DNA from: Macrostomum hystrix
Taxonomy: Eukaryota > Animalia > Platyhelminthes
Length of the DNA: 64,000 nucleotides
Assembly: GCA_950097015.1 (NCBI GenBank)
Contig: CATNEN010000001.1
Span: 24,552,001-24,616,000 of the forward strand
Reading direction: 5' to 3'
Shown here one piece after another: positions 1-11,535 of the stretch (positions within the stretch are counted from its first letter, which is position 1; every line of letters begins with the position of its first letter). The position numbers and the translations under genes are program-made. A model generated the notes under the pieces. That model saw nothing but the letters and a program-made list of their open reading frames with translations. It had not been told where the DNA came from and did not search any database.

Positions 1-253
1 ATTGGGAGCTGTGTCTAACAGATTGGGAGCTGTGTCTAACAGGTTGGGAGCTGTGTCTAACAGATTGGGAGCTGTGTCTAACAGATTGGGAGCTGTGTCT
101 AACAGATTGGGAGCTGTGTCTAACAGATTGGGAGTTGTATCGAACAGATTGGGAGCTGTATCTAACAGATTGAGAGCTGTGTCTAACAGATTGGGAGCTG
201 TGTCTAACAGATTGAGAACTGTATCTAACAGATTGAGAGCTGTATCTAACAGT
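1..253. repeat. 21-bp minisatellite (ATTGGGAGCTGTGTCTAACAG), ~12 copies, runs off window start
   Basis: Direct tandem copies; explains the 7-aa periodic ORF 2..256. Confidence 0.95.
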
Positions 254-819
254 TAGGAAACTTGTTTGTTTAATTCAATGTTAAGATTGAATGCTATTAA
301 TAAAAAATCAGTCTTACATTTTTCTCTTATTCAAAATACTGTACAGACAGCGGACAGTGCTCAAGATGTCGTGCTGCTGTTTGTCAGACTCAAAGTAAAA
401 GGCGAGCGCTGGCTGATGCTGCTCAGCTTTGTCAACATCGATGCGGACTTCATCGGGGGAACTGCTGACGAAGGTGGAGCAGCTGTCGACAGCAACACCG
501 GCATTGTTGTCAACGGTGAAAATAGGAGAATAAGACGGAAAATAGCTTCAAGGACTAGCGGCAGCGGGACATTATCCAGACACTGCTGGAGACAACGGCA
601 CGTCACAAAAGTTACTTTTCGCTGATGTTGCCTAATAACTGACAGAAGAGAGCTACAAACGTTCACATTCTCAGTTGGAACACGGCATAAAGCCTTGAAT
701 CCATTTAATACGAGTCCACTCGTAATACTTCAATGGAACACGGTGCCTGTTCAGCCCAGCACATCGTCTCTCTGCGGCTGGTATTTCATTTCATTTCATA
801 TATCGTCTACATCAGAGAA

Positions 820-2210
820 TGTCATTCAATACAATTTTCGTCAAGTCCTTGAATCCAGCAGCGGTTAGCCAAAACGATGCAATCATACTCAGACTCAAAG
901 ATCAGTTGTAGGGGACTCTAGACTGCGAATGGGCAGCTGTATGATGGTCTCAGTCCCTTGGCGAGCCGGCAAATCCACATCCTGCCAGCAGCTGCTGTAC
1001 AATAGCCACAGTGTGGCTGAGGCTCAGGCTGCATGATGCTCTCTCCCTTGCGTTCAGATCAAGCATCCAAACCTACTTTGCTGGACTCAATCTGAGCTCC
1101 TCTATAGCATAACGGAAGTAGTAGTGATACCAAAAGCTACCGCGGCACGCTAGACTCCCAGTCTCCAACCAACCACCATACTCCACCCATCATACACACT
1201 GACCTGAGCACGCTAGGCCGACATACCACACCCCTCCCATCCCAACACACCGACCCCCCATACCCCACCCCTTCAAACCGACCCCTCATACCCCCACCCA
1301 TTCACACCGACCCCTCATACCCCACCCCTTCAAACCGACCCCTCATACCCCACCCCTTCAAACCGACCCCTCATACCCCACCCCTTCACACCGACCCCTC
1401 ATACCCCCACTCGTTCACACCGACCCCTCATACCCCACCCCTTCAAACCGACCCCTCATACCCCACCCCTTCAAACCGACCCCTCATACCCCACCCCTTC
1501 AAACCGACCCCTCATACCCCACCCCTTCACACCGACCCCTCATACCCCCACTCCTTCACACCGACCCCTCATACCCCACCCCTTCACAGCAACCCATCAT
1601 ACCCCCACCCCATCACACCGACCCCTCATACCCCTCTTCACTCCTACACACCGACCCCTCATACCCCTCCTCACCCCTACACACCGACCCCTCATACCCT
1701 CACCGCTTCACACCGACCCTAGTCGCAAGGGAATTCTCAATGCACTATTAGCTGGAAACACGGCTTTCTGTTGCGCGTACACACGGAAAACTTTCACTGG
1801 GAGGTGGGGAAGCTGCATAGGGATACTGGATACTTCATGGAGTACTTTCATTCCATTCGAAATATCCATGAACAACTCCATTCCAGGCATGCTTACATAG
1901 CAAGAAATCGACTCCAACTTGGATATCTCCAGAACGGACATTAATGCAGCTTTCCAATTGAACTCTGGTAACATCAAAGGTGAAACTCTCTTATCAGTTC
2001 TCTTGATCTGATTGGGCTTGATCAGTTTCGTCCACACAGACTTACTCAAAAAAGCAGTTTCTCGCTCCTGTATCTAGGATACCGTCGACTTCCTGCTCCT
2101 GGATAGTCTCTATTGCTACAGCTTCATATTCTTCAGGTTTAACTAGATCTAATTTAAAGTTAAAATAAATTTTTTCTAACAAGTCCTTTGAGTCTTCTTT
2201 GTAGAACTTC
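820..2210 (-). pseudogene. Decayed receptor tyrosine-kinase domain (3' part of the EGFR-like gene)
   Basis: Hand translation of the minus strand gives kinase-like motifs in EGFR order: ILDTGARNCF (Gly-loop-like, 2077-2063), then stop/frameshift, VWTK (VAIK-like), EFNWKAALMSVL (alphaC-like), DISNGMKVLHE (QIAKGMNYLE-like), RYAIEE...SPAK*VWM (APE/SDVW-like, TAG at 1075-1073), LAKGLRP and NRCWIQ (~863-849). No intact HRD or DFG. Confidence 0.6.
1245..1720. repeat. ~28-bp C-rich minisatellite (CCCCACCCCTTCAAACCGACCCCTCATA)
   Basis: Tandem copies lying between the two kinase-remnant blocks. Confidence 0.9.
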
Positions 2211-3121
2211 GAGAGTTGGCAGCTGCTGACCTCGGGGCTGACTTTTCGGATGCTGACTCGTCGATTACTGATTCATCGGCTGACGCATTGGACTCTGACT
2301 GATTCGGAAGCAATGGGTGCTGACGCATGAGGTGCTGACGCATGAGGTGCTATATAGTTTTCAGTTGGCTATATAATTTTCACTCCCGGTGGCGTGAACT
2401 GGCGTGAACCTCCGGCCTGAGCGTGGGCCAGGCGCCAGTAACACCAGTCGCGCATGCCGTTAGCAACACTCAACCGGATATAATCAGAGCAGCAAGGGAA
2501 TTATACTCGTGTGAGGCTCTTCACAAAACCCTGAATTCTCAACTCAACGCCTACTTCGAGTACATCGAGTAGATATCGTACAGCTCTGCTGCTGTGTACA
2601 AGTGCGAGCCACTGAGCACCTGGTTGATTAAATACTTGATTGATTAATTGATGTTGATTAAATAGGCAAATGGTTAACTCAGCTACAGCTCTGCACAAGC
2701 TTATGAAGAGCGTGCATGCGTGCATCTCGTGCATGCACGACAAATACTACTGTAAGTAGCAGCATTTGACTTTGGAGTTTGAGTAAATTTTCTATTTTTA
2801 TTTAGGTATAAAAAAACTAAAAAACTTAAGTGCTGAAGGTCTCTTCCTAACTGACTTCCACAAAAGGCCACGTCAAACTCAGGGGACCATATATGGCCAC
2901 AACGGCTTGCCTTGATGGTGCCACTGCATGTGCCAACCGACTAATTGAAGACAAAAAACTTCCTCAATATCAAAATATCATCTTAGAACTGTCATAGAGA
3001 TCTTGGTACACTTTTATTAACTCAAATTTAGTCTCATTACAATGAAGCACTTATTTGTTCGTAACGAATCTTCTCAGTTCACACACGGATCACGCCCTGG
3101 ACCGTTGCAGCCTTCATCGCA

Positions 3122-4840
3122 TTAGCCGATTAGCTGTGGCACAGGCAGCTCACAATTCCCATTTACTTCAATCCTGCCCGACTCCGCACAGGTGGCATAG
3201 CAACGGCCGTTCACTTTGAAGTTCCGACACGCCACGCACATGTCTGGGCCGGGTCCCCAGCATTCGCCCTGGCACTGAGCATCGCAGGTAGCGTTCCGGC
3301 AAATCTCGCTGCTGTCATCAAAGCTCAGGTTTTGTATTATAATTTGAAATTCATTAGTGACTTCCTGGATTTCTCGGATTCGATTGCTTGGATACCAGGC
3401 TCTGCAAAGATCACTAATATGCTCAAGCACAAGGTCAGTAGTATATTCCAAGCTAGCTAGTCCGAGGTATCTCGTCTTGAGCGAGAAAATCTCAAAGGAA
3501 TTAGTGACGTATCTGATATTACGTAGGAATCGGAGATTTTCTGTTAAGTATTGAGATCCCTCAATTAATAATGTGCCGTAAAAGTACTCTAAATTCTCCA
3601 ATGCTGTAAGGTTATCTAAGCTACTTAAAATATCAGCAAACACGTATAGAGAAGAATCGGCCCTCCAAATCGAACACTGCTCAGTCCTCAATGAGTATGC
3701 TAAATTGTCTGACATCATTAAGGAGACATTGCACGATTTGCAGGGCTTAGAGCTAATTTTGTCAATACACTTTGTACACACTCCTTTGATGGGGACTTCT
3801 TCTGACGGACACTCGATTAAACAGCGCCTGCCGTCAGAGCTGACAAGGAAGGGCAGTGAGCACTTCTCTACGCAGATGTTGCCGATCTGTCGCCAAACAG
3901 TCACGCCAGTGCCATTACCACTAGCGGTACTAGTATTCGACGGACAGGATTCTCTACAGACACCATTGAACAATACTCCACTCCGACAGGCGAAGCACTC
4001 GTTGGGCCGGTTTGAGCAACCGCCAAGGCAGTCGTCGTGGCAGCAGTCTTCTTGGCCAGTGCTCGGGTTATGGAAGCATAGGTTCGAGTTACACTTGCGT
4101 TTACGACATAGTTGATTGCTTTGACAGCCATCAACACCGTCGGACCAGCAAGTTTGGTCATAAATTGGAGTACAATTAGCGTGACACGAAAGCTGACGAT
4201 TGCAGGTGTGCCTGATCACATCCGAGTTCGAATTGTTTGTAATAAGTTCTCTGCCTTCTTCAGTGATGATAGAAGGCACATGATCCAAGTAGCTCTGGTC
4301 TGGTTCTTGAAACAGGCTTGTCCAGTTGATGCTGTAGGACAGGTAGCAGTACAAGCTAGACTTCATTGGCCCACTAGTATGAACATCTCTCTTTGTGATG
4401 GCAGTCAACTTTGGCATTTCCAGCTTGCTCAAGTACGGCGTCATTAATATCTCAAATGAGTAATCAGTAAAATTTTCAAAAGCGTAACCTCGGATGGTGC
4501 GCAAGTTGCGGAAGGTGACGCGCTCAAGGTTGACGAACTCGATCACCAGTGCTCCTCTGATCTCCTCAATGGAGTCAAGAAAGTCAGTTTGCATGCCTCG
4601 AATTGCATCGTCTTGCGGTTGGTCAATACCTATATTGCTCAATTCCAAGTCACCGAAAACATACTGGCAGCCAGCTACATAAGCCGCTAAGTCCGCCTGC
4701 AAGCGACTAACATTTCTGTGGGTCTCATAGCCGTAGCTGGATATATATAAGGATTTGCAGATACGGAGGCCAGAAGCCGCATCGTCGTGTAACAACGGAA
4801 GCAAAAGAAGCAACCGAAAAACAAGCTGCGGGAAATTCAT
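3122..4840 (-). CDS. EGFR/ErbB-type receptor ectodomain (signal peptide, L1, furin-like CR1, L2, partial CR2); intronless, no TM segment
   Basis: 572-aa ORF: hydrophobic N-terminus; L-domain motifs GCQYVFGDLEL, FLDSIEEIRGALVI, FRNLRTIRG; furin-like CCHDDCLGGC; second L domain (LRFLRNIRYV, YLGLASLE); CR2 CDAQCQGECWGPGPDMCVACRNF. Confidence 0.85.
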   Translation of the reverse strand: MNFPQLVFRLLLLLPLLHDDAASGLRICKSLYISSYGYETHRNVSRLQADLAAYVAGCQYVFGDLELSNIGIDQPQDDAIRGMQTDFLDSIEEIRGALVIEFVNLERVTFRNLRTIRGYAFENFTDYSFEILMTPYLSKLEMPKLTAITKRDVHTSGPMKSSLYCYLSYSINWTSLFQEPDQSYLDHVPSIITEEGRELITNNSNSDVIRHTCNRQLSCHANCTPIYDQTCWSDGVDGCQSNQLCRKRKCNSNLCFHNPSTGQEDCCHDDCLGGCSNRPNECFACRSGVLFNGVCRESCPSNTSTASGNGTGVTVWRQIGNICVEKCSLPFLVSSDGRRCLIECPSEEVPIKGVCTKCIDKISSKPCKSCNVSLMMSDNLAYSLRTEQCSIWRADSSLYVFADILSSLDNLTALENLEYFYGTLLIEGSQYLTENLRFLRNIRYVTNSFEIFSLKTRYLGLASLEYTTDLVLEHISDLCRAWYPSNRIREIQEVTNEFQIIIQNLSFDDSSEICRNATCDAQCQGECWGPGPDMCVACRNFKVNGRCYATCAESGRIEVNGNCELPVPQLIG

Positions 4841-5822
4841 TTTCTTAAATCACCTCTGTAGTGGTTTCTTTCTATTTTGATTCCCAGCTCTGAAGCTTTT
4901 CACTTCTTTAAATCCGAATTGAATGAATCACGACTCGTAGAAAATGAAATTCTTTCGCATGCAACTTTTTCAACAAAAAAATAACACCACTTCCCACATT
5001 TTGCCCGTTTCTCTGACTCTGCAGAAAAAAAGAAATAAATCAATAATGAAAAGACAAATAACTTTAGTTTGCTTTCTTTTTGGCTCTCAAATTCCAGGAG
5101 TTAACCGTGCTCCAACTCGGGCAATTCTCAGTGAAACAGGCGACGAAATACTAAGTTTAAGTGAAGCGTTTTTGTTTTTTAATAATAAGAAAATGTAAGC
5201 CTAAGCCTATAGCTTCGATACAAAAATCAATCAATAATCACCAGACAAAGCGCATTTGGCTGTTGTCGTTTCGGCTCTTGAATCGCAGGAGTTCATTTTG
5301 CGCCGTTGTGGGCAATTTGCAGCAAAAGAAGCGACGAACGAACCGAAAGACTAAGCAATTATTGAGCATTGAGTATTGAGCACTGACCTTCTTCTTGACG
5401 ACTCCAACGGTTTCCTGCTCTGCCGCAGAACAAGCAGGTGACATCCCGACTAGCGACTCTCCGAGAAGTGACTAGTTCTACGTGAAAATGACACTTCGCC
5501 TACGATTCGGGCCAGATGCTCAGCCATAGATTTTGAGCAGCACTTCCAAAGGCTGCTTACATCTACTCCAGTCCATGGACTCTGGGGGACGTAACTGTGA
5601 GAGGACTGTGAGAAATCCATTTTGAATCTAGGGAATTGAGCGCCATGCTCAACGACGCAAATTGTCTCCGTGAGTTGCATGCACGACATAAGTGCATGCC
5701 TTCTGTTGTCAGCGCTGGTTGATATTTGATTTTTCAGTTTAGATAACACTTTGTTTACACTTTAGATTACACTTTCTTACAGCTAGCTCGTCAACTTAAA
5801 AAATTGTGACAGTTTTTCATCG

Positions 5823-7538
5823 CTGACACAGTGGAGACACTTCACAGACCCACTCTGATACAGTGGAGACACTTCACAGACCCACTCTGATACAGTGGAG
5901 ACACTTCACAGACCCACTCTGACACAGTGGAGACACTTCACAGACCCACTCTGACACAGTGGAGACACTTCGCTGACCCACTCTGACACAGTGGAGACAC
6001 TTCACTGACCCACTCTGACACAGTGGAGACACTTCACTGACCCACTCTGACACAGTGGAGACACTTCACAGACCCACTCTGACACAGTGGAGACACTTCA
6101 CAGACCCACTCTGACACAGTGGAGACACTTCACAGACCCACTCTGACACAGTGGAGACACTTCACAGACCCACTCTGACACAGTGGAGACACTTCACAGA
6201 CCCACTCTGACACAGTGGAGACACTTCACAGACCCACTCTGACACAGTGGAGACACTTCACAGACCCACTCTGACACAGTGGAGACACTTCACAGACCCA
6301 CTCTGACACAGTGGAGACACTTCACAGACCCACTCTGACACAGTGGAGACACTTCACAGACCCACTCTGACAAAGTGGAGACACTTCACAGACCCACTCT
6401 GACACAGTGGAGACACTTCACAGACCCACTCTGACACAGTGGAGACACTTCACTGAGCCACTCTGACACAGTGGAGACACTTCACAGACCCACTCTGACA
6501 CAGTGGAGACACTTCACAGACCCACTCTGACACAGTGGAGACACTTCACAGACCCACTCTGACACAGTGGAGACACTTCACAGACCCACTCTGACACAGT
6601 GGAGACACTTCACAGACCCACTCTGACACAGTGGAGACACTTCACAGACCCACTCTGACACAGTGGAGACACTTCACAGACCCACTCTGACACAGTGGAG
6701 ACACTTCACTGACCCACTCTGACACAGTGGAGACACTCCACTGAGCCACTCTGACACAGTGGAGACACTTCACAGACCCACTCTGACACAGTGGAGTCAC
6801 TTCACTGACCCACTCTGACACAGTGGAGACACTCCACAGACCCAATCTGACACAGTGGAGACACTTCACAGACCCACTCTGATACAGTGGAGACACTTCA
6901 CTGACCCACTCTGATACAGTGGAGACACTTCACAGACCCACTCTGACACAGTGGAGACACTTCACAGACCCACTCTGATACAGTGGAGACACTTCACAGA
7001 CCCACTCTGACACAGTGGAGACACTTCACAGACCCACTCTGACACAGTGGAGACACTTCACTGACCCACTCTGACACAGTGGAGACACTTCACTGACCCA
7101 CTCTGACACAGTGGAGAAACTTCACTGAGCCACTCTGACACAGTGGAGACACTTCACAGACCCACTCTGACACAGTGGAGTCACTTCACTGACCCACTCT
7201 GACACAGTGGAGACACTCCACAGACCCAATCTGACACAGTGGAGACACTTCACAGACCCACTCTGACATAGTGGAGACACTTCACAGACCCACTCTGATA
7301 CAGTGGAGACACTTCACAGACCCACTCTGACACAGTGGAGACACTTCACAGACCCACTCTGACACAGTGGAGTCACTTCACTGACCCACTCTGACACAGT
7401 GGAGACACTCCACAGACCCAATCTGACACAGTGGAGACACTTCACAGACCCACTCTGACACAGTGGAGACACTTCACAGACCCACTCTGACACAGTGGAG
7501 ACACTCCACAGACCCAATCTGACACAGTGGAGACACTT
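5823..7538. repeat. 32-bp minisatellite (CTCTGACACAGTGGAGACACTTCACAGACCCA), ~53 copies
   Basis: Highly homogeneous tandem array with no spacers. Confidence 0.97.
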
Positions 7539-7699
7539 CGGCCAACCTGTAGAGCCGCGCTTCCGACAAACGCTCGGCTGACTTAGCCAGGCTGGAGGTG
7601 GGTGGGGGGTGGGCGGTCTAGTGTGGGCCTTTTAGCCCCGTGCGCTGTGCAGTCCTCACCCGTCCTCTCGCCTTGCCTGCCTCTCAATTCTCTCACTCA

Positions 7700-8615
7700 G
7701 TGCATTTTGAGCACGCGCAGGATGAATGTAGTGAATGCTACGCGAAGAATTGAGAGAGAAAGGCCTGAGCACGCTGGGTCACAAGAAAGACCTAGTAAGC
7801 AGGCTCGCAGCAGCTATGAGCCACGGCGAAGCTGCCGGTCGGCGACATCAAGCAACATCGAACCCAATGGACAACGGCAGCGAAGGACGACAGCAGCCGA
7901 GCCGGCAGAGGCAGCAGCTGAGCCAGCGGAAGCAGCAGCAGCCGGAGCCAAGGAAGACGCCGGACCTGGAAGACCTGCGGCGGAAACTGGAGAACCTGGA
8001 ACTCGATGCGGCCTCGATGCGTCAGCAGCTGGAAAGCCAAAGTCGACCAGGTGAGATAGGCAATCAGTTTTTAATGAGCCATCTGACTGTAGTAGCGAGA
8101 CAAACGTTCAGGGCACCCTGAGACTCTGAGAGGCTCCAGGCTAGGGACCAGGCTCGAACCCTCGGCCGTCCGATCAGGGCCTAATGTTACGCCACTCATT
8201 GTCGCGGATTTCTGCTGTGGTGATCCAAGAACGGCGTCAACAGGTCCGAGTCGCTAGGCGTAGGTCAGTGGATAGTCGGTAACGCGCGCATCCTGGACGC
8301 CCTGATAGCTCGGGGACAACTCGACCTCGACGGTGTACCTGCAGTACAACGTGCAAATTGACGAGCTGGTCGAGGCAAACTATGGCACCACGAGAATCAT
8401 GCGAGCAGCATGCCGGCATGCAGGACTGGGCAGGACCGAGTTTCTTGCTAGTGGCAAGGCACCTCATCGCTCCACAGCAGACCCAGCAACATGCCCGCAC
8501 ACGCCCGGAGAAGAATATTCCGGTAGTCCAGGGAGCACCTGTTTGTCTCAATTCAACACCCGCGGCGGCTGTAAGTTCCAGATCTGCAAGTACAGCCATC
8601 GATGCCGGGTCTATG
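7700..8615 (+). mobile_element. Degenerate gag-like ORF with SAP domain and CCCH zinc finger (DIRS/Ngaro-like retroelement relic)
   Basis: LREELREKGLSTLGHKKDLVSRL matches the SAP consensus. Frameshifted PVCL/QFNTRGGCKFQICKYSHRC is a CCCH finger like those ending DIRS/Ngaro ORF1. Multiple frame breaks. Confidence 0.5.
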
Positions 8616-8625
8616 AATTATTAAT

Positions 8626-9010
8626 TTGGGGAAAGATGGGATTTGTGAATAGTGGGGACTGGGGAAAGGTGGGATTCTGTGAATAGCAGGGATTGGGGAA
8701 AGATGGGATTCTGTGAATAGTGGGGATTGGGGAAAGATGGGATTCTGTGAATAGTGGGGATTGGGGAAAGATGGGATTCTGTGAATAGTGGGGATTGGGA
8801 AAAGATGGGATTCTGTGAATAATGGGGATTGGGGAAAGATGGGATTCTGTGAATAGTGGGGACTGGGGAAAGTTGGGATTCTGTGAATAGTGGGGATTGG
8901 GGAAAGATGGGATTCTGTGAATAGCGGGGACTGGGGAAAGATGGGATTCAGTGAATAATGGGGATTGGGGAAAGATGGGATTCTGTGAATAGTGGGGACT
9001 GGGGATTCTG
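8626..9010. repeat. 34-bp G-rich minisatellite (GGGATTCTGTGAATAGTGGGGATTGGGGAAAGAT)
   Basis: ~11 tandem copies. Confidence 0.95.
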
Positions 9011-10396
9011 TCACTATCACATATCTTCAGTCACTCTCTCATGTCTTCAGTCACTCTCTCATGTTTTCAGTCACTCTCTCAGATCTTCAGTCACTCTCTC
9101 ATGTCTTCAGTCACTCTCTCGTGTCTTCAGTCACTCTCTCATGTCTTCATTCACTCTCTCATGTCTTCAGTCACTCTTTCATGTCTTCAGTCACTCTCTC
9201 ATATCTTCAGTCACTCTCTCATGTCTTCAGTCACTATCTCATATCTTCAGTCACTCTCTCATGTCTTCAGTCACTATCTCATATCTTCAGTCACTCTCTC
9301 ATACCTTCAGTCACTCTCTCATGTCTTCAGTCACTCTCTCATATCTTCTGTCACTCTCTCATATCTTCAGTCACTCTCTCATATCTTCTGTCACTCTCTC
9401 ATATCTTCTGTCACTCTCTCATATCTTCAGTCACTCTCTCATGTCTTCAGTCACTCTCTCATATCTTAAGTCACTCTCTCATGTCTTCAGTCACTATCTC
9501 ATATCTTCAGTCACTATCTCATATCTTCAGTCACTCTCTCATATCTTCAGTCACTCTTTCATGTCTTCAGTCACTATCTCATATCTTCAGTCACTCTCTC
9601 ATGTCTTCAGTCACTCTCTCATGTCTTCAGTCACTCTCTCATATCTTAAGTCACTCTCTCATATCTTCAGTCACTCTCTCATGTCTTCAGTCACTCTTTC
9701 ATGTCTTCAGTCACTCTCTCATATCTTCAGTCACTCTCTCATGTCTTCAGTCACTCTCTCATATCTTCAGTCACTCTCTCATATCTTCAGTCACTCTCTC
9801 ATGTCTTCAGTCACTCTCTCATATCTTCAGTCACTCTTTCATGTCTTCAGTCACTCTCTCATATCTTCAGTCACTCTCTCATATCTTCAGTCACTCTCTC
9901 ATATCTTCAGTCACTCTCTCATATCTTCAGTCACTCTCTCATGTCTTCAGTCACTCTCTCATGTCTTCAGTCACTCTCTCATATCTTCAGTCACTCTCTC
10001 ATGTCTTCAGTCACTCTCTCATGTCTTCAGTCACTCTTTCATGTCTTCAGTCACTCTCTCATATCTTCAGTCACTCTCTCATGTCTTCAGTCACTCTCTC
10101 ATATCTTCAGTCACTCTCTCATATCTTCAGTCACTCTCTCATGTCTTCAGTCACTCTCTCATATCTTCAGTCACTCTTTCATGTCTTCAGTCACTCTCTC
10201 ATATCTTCAGTCACTCTCTCATATCTTCAGTCACTCTCTCATATCTTCAGTCACTCTCTCATATCTTCAGTCACTCTCTCATGTCTTCAGTCACTCTCTC
10301 ATGTCTTCAGTCACTCTCTCATATCTTCAGTCACTCTCTCATGTCTTCAGTCACTCTCTCATGTCTTCAGTCACTCTCTCATATCTTCTGTCACTC
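9011..10396. repeat. 20-bp minisatellite (ATRTCTTCAGTCACTCTCTC), ~69 copies
   Basis: Strict 20-bp register; generates the spurious long ORFs at 8958-10544. Confidence 0.97.
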
Positions 10397-11535
10397 CCAT
10401 CGACTTGTCCCTTCAGCATACAAATTCGCAGTGAATGAGCAGCTCAACAAGATACCTAATGCAATTCAATCACTGCAGGTGCTAATACAATACTCAATGA
10501 CTAGTGCAGTGCTAAATCGCTTTTATGTATTTGAGTTGTGCTAATAAGTACATAAGTGAACAATAAAATATTTTTGATATTCTCAGATAAGCTTTTCAGG
10601 AGTATGTACAATGTTGCCGTTGCATCAACTGGACTGCGTGTCATAACAAAAATTAATATAATAAAATACTACTTACAAGTGGGAAAATGTTAGTAGTATA
10701 GCAGGGCGGCATCAGGACATAAATAAAATTGACTAACTTACTTCTCAATGTAAAAAGTAACAGCTGTAAAGAGGAAGTTTGGAAACTGAGGTTTGGGAAA
10801 ATCTTTTGCAAAGTTCATAGGAAACTGATGAGTGAGGACTATCAGTTAATTTGAATAAAACGATGCATGATGAACTGAATGCTATAATGCAATCATATAT
10901 CAAAGTAGCAATACTCATCACTCGCAAAAATAGAAAAGTAAGCATGTTTGAATATAAAAAGACGGTTGCTAACGGCAACAAAACTCTACCAGGGTGCGTA
11001 ACAACAAAATTAATTACAAATATAAAGCTTTCAGCTAGCAGCTAACAGTGGCAGCAAAAACACAAAATGAGTCGCCAAGAGACGCATGACTAGGAAAAAA
11101 CTCCCAAGAGGCAAAAATATGGTTATTAGAGAGGCTGGTCATCAGATGAGAAAGTATAAAAGGGGTGCATTTCTACATGTTGGTCGTAATAGTAAAATGA
11201 AATACTGCATGCGAACTACACTACTCACACTGGCTATGAGTAGCAATATGAAAATATTCGCAATTGAACTATTTACATTTAAATATGACTTCAGAGCAGT
11301 TTTTTAAGAAATTGAATCCCAAAAATCATTGACTGACTACTGTAGTAGGCAAAATAGTTCTTTTTTCACTACTGAGAGACAGCTAAACATTTTAGGGATA
11401 ATTAACATTGTCCTAGGATTTCCTAATCCTTAATATTTTGTCTTTATCAATTGTGTGAGATTTTTTTTCTTATTCGTATTGGGAGACATATTATCTCAAT
11501 GGTCATTTATGAGATCGGGCATCTGAGAACAACAG

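Noticed and set aside
2063-2077. LDTGA as a retroviral protease motif
   Set aside because: Position just upstream of VAIK-like and alphaC-like motifs fits a decayed kinase Gly-loop better; no gag/RT nearby
5238-5749. Two adjacent minus-strand ORFs
   Set aside because: No recognisable domain or convincing splice structure
5823-7538. CRISPR-like 32-bp repeats (also the 36- and 42-bp arrays)
   Set aside because: Head-to-tail units with no unique spacers, no cas genes, eukaryotic context
8958-10544. Long ORFs of 245-528 aa
   Set aside because: Open in all three + frames because the 20-bp unit lacks stops; satellite artefact
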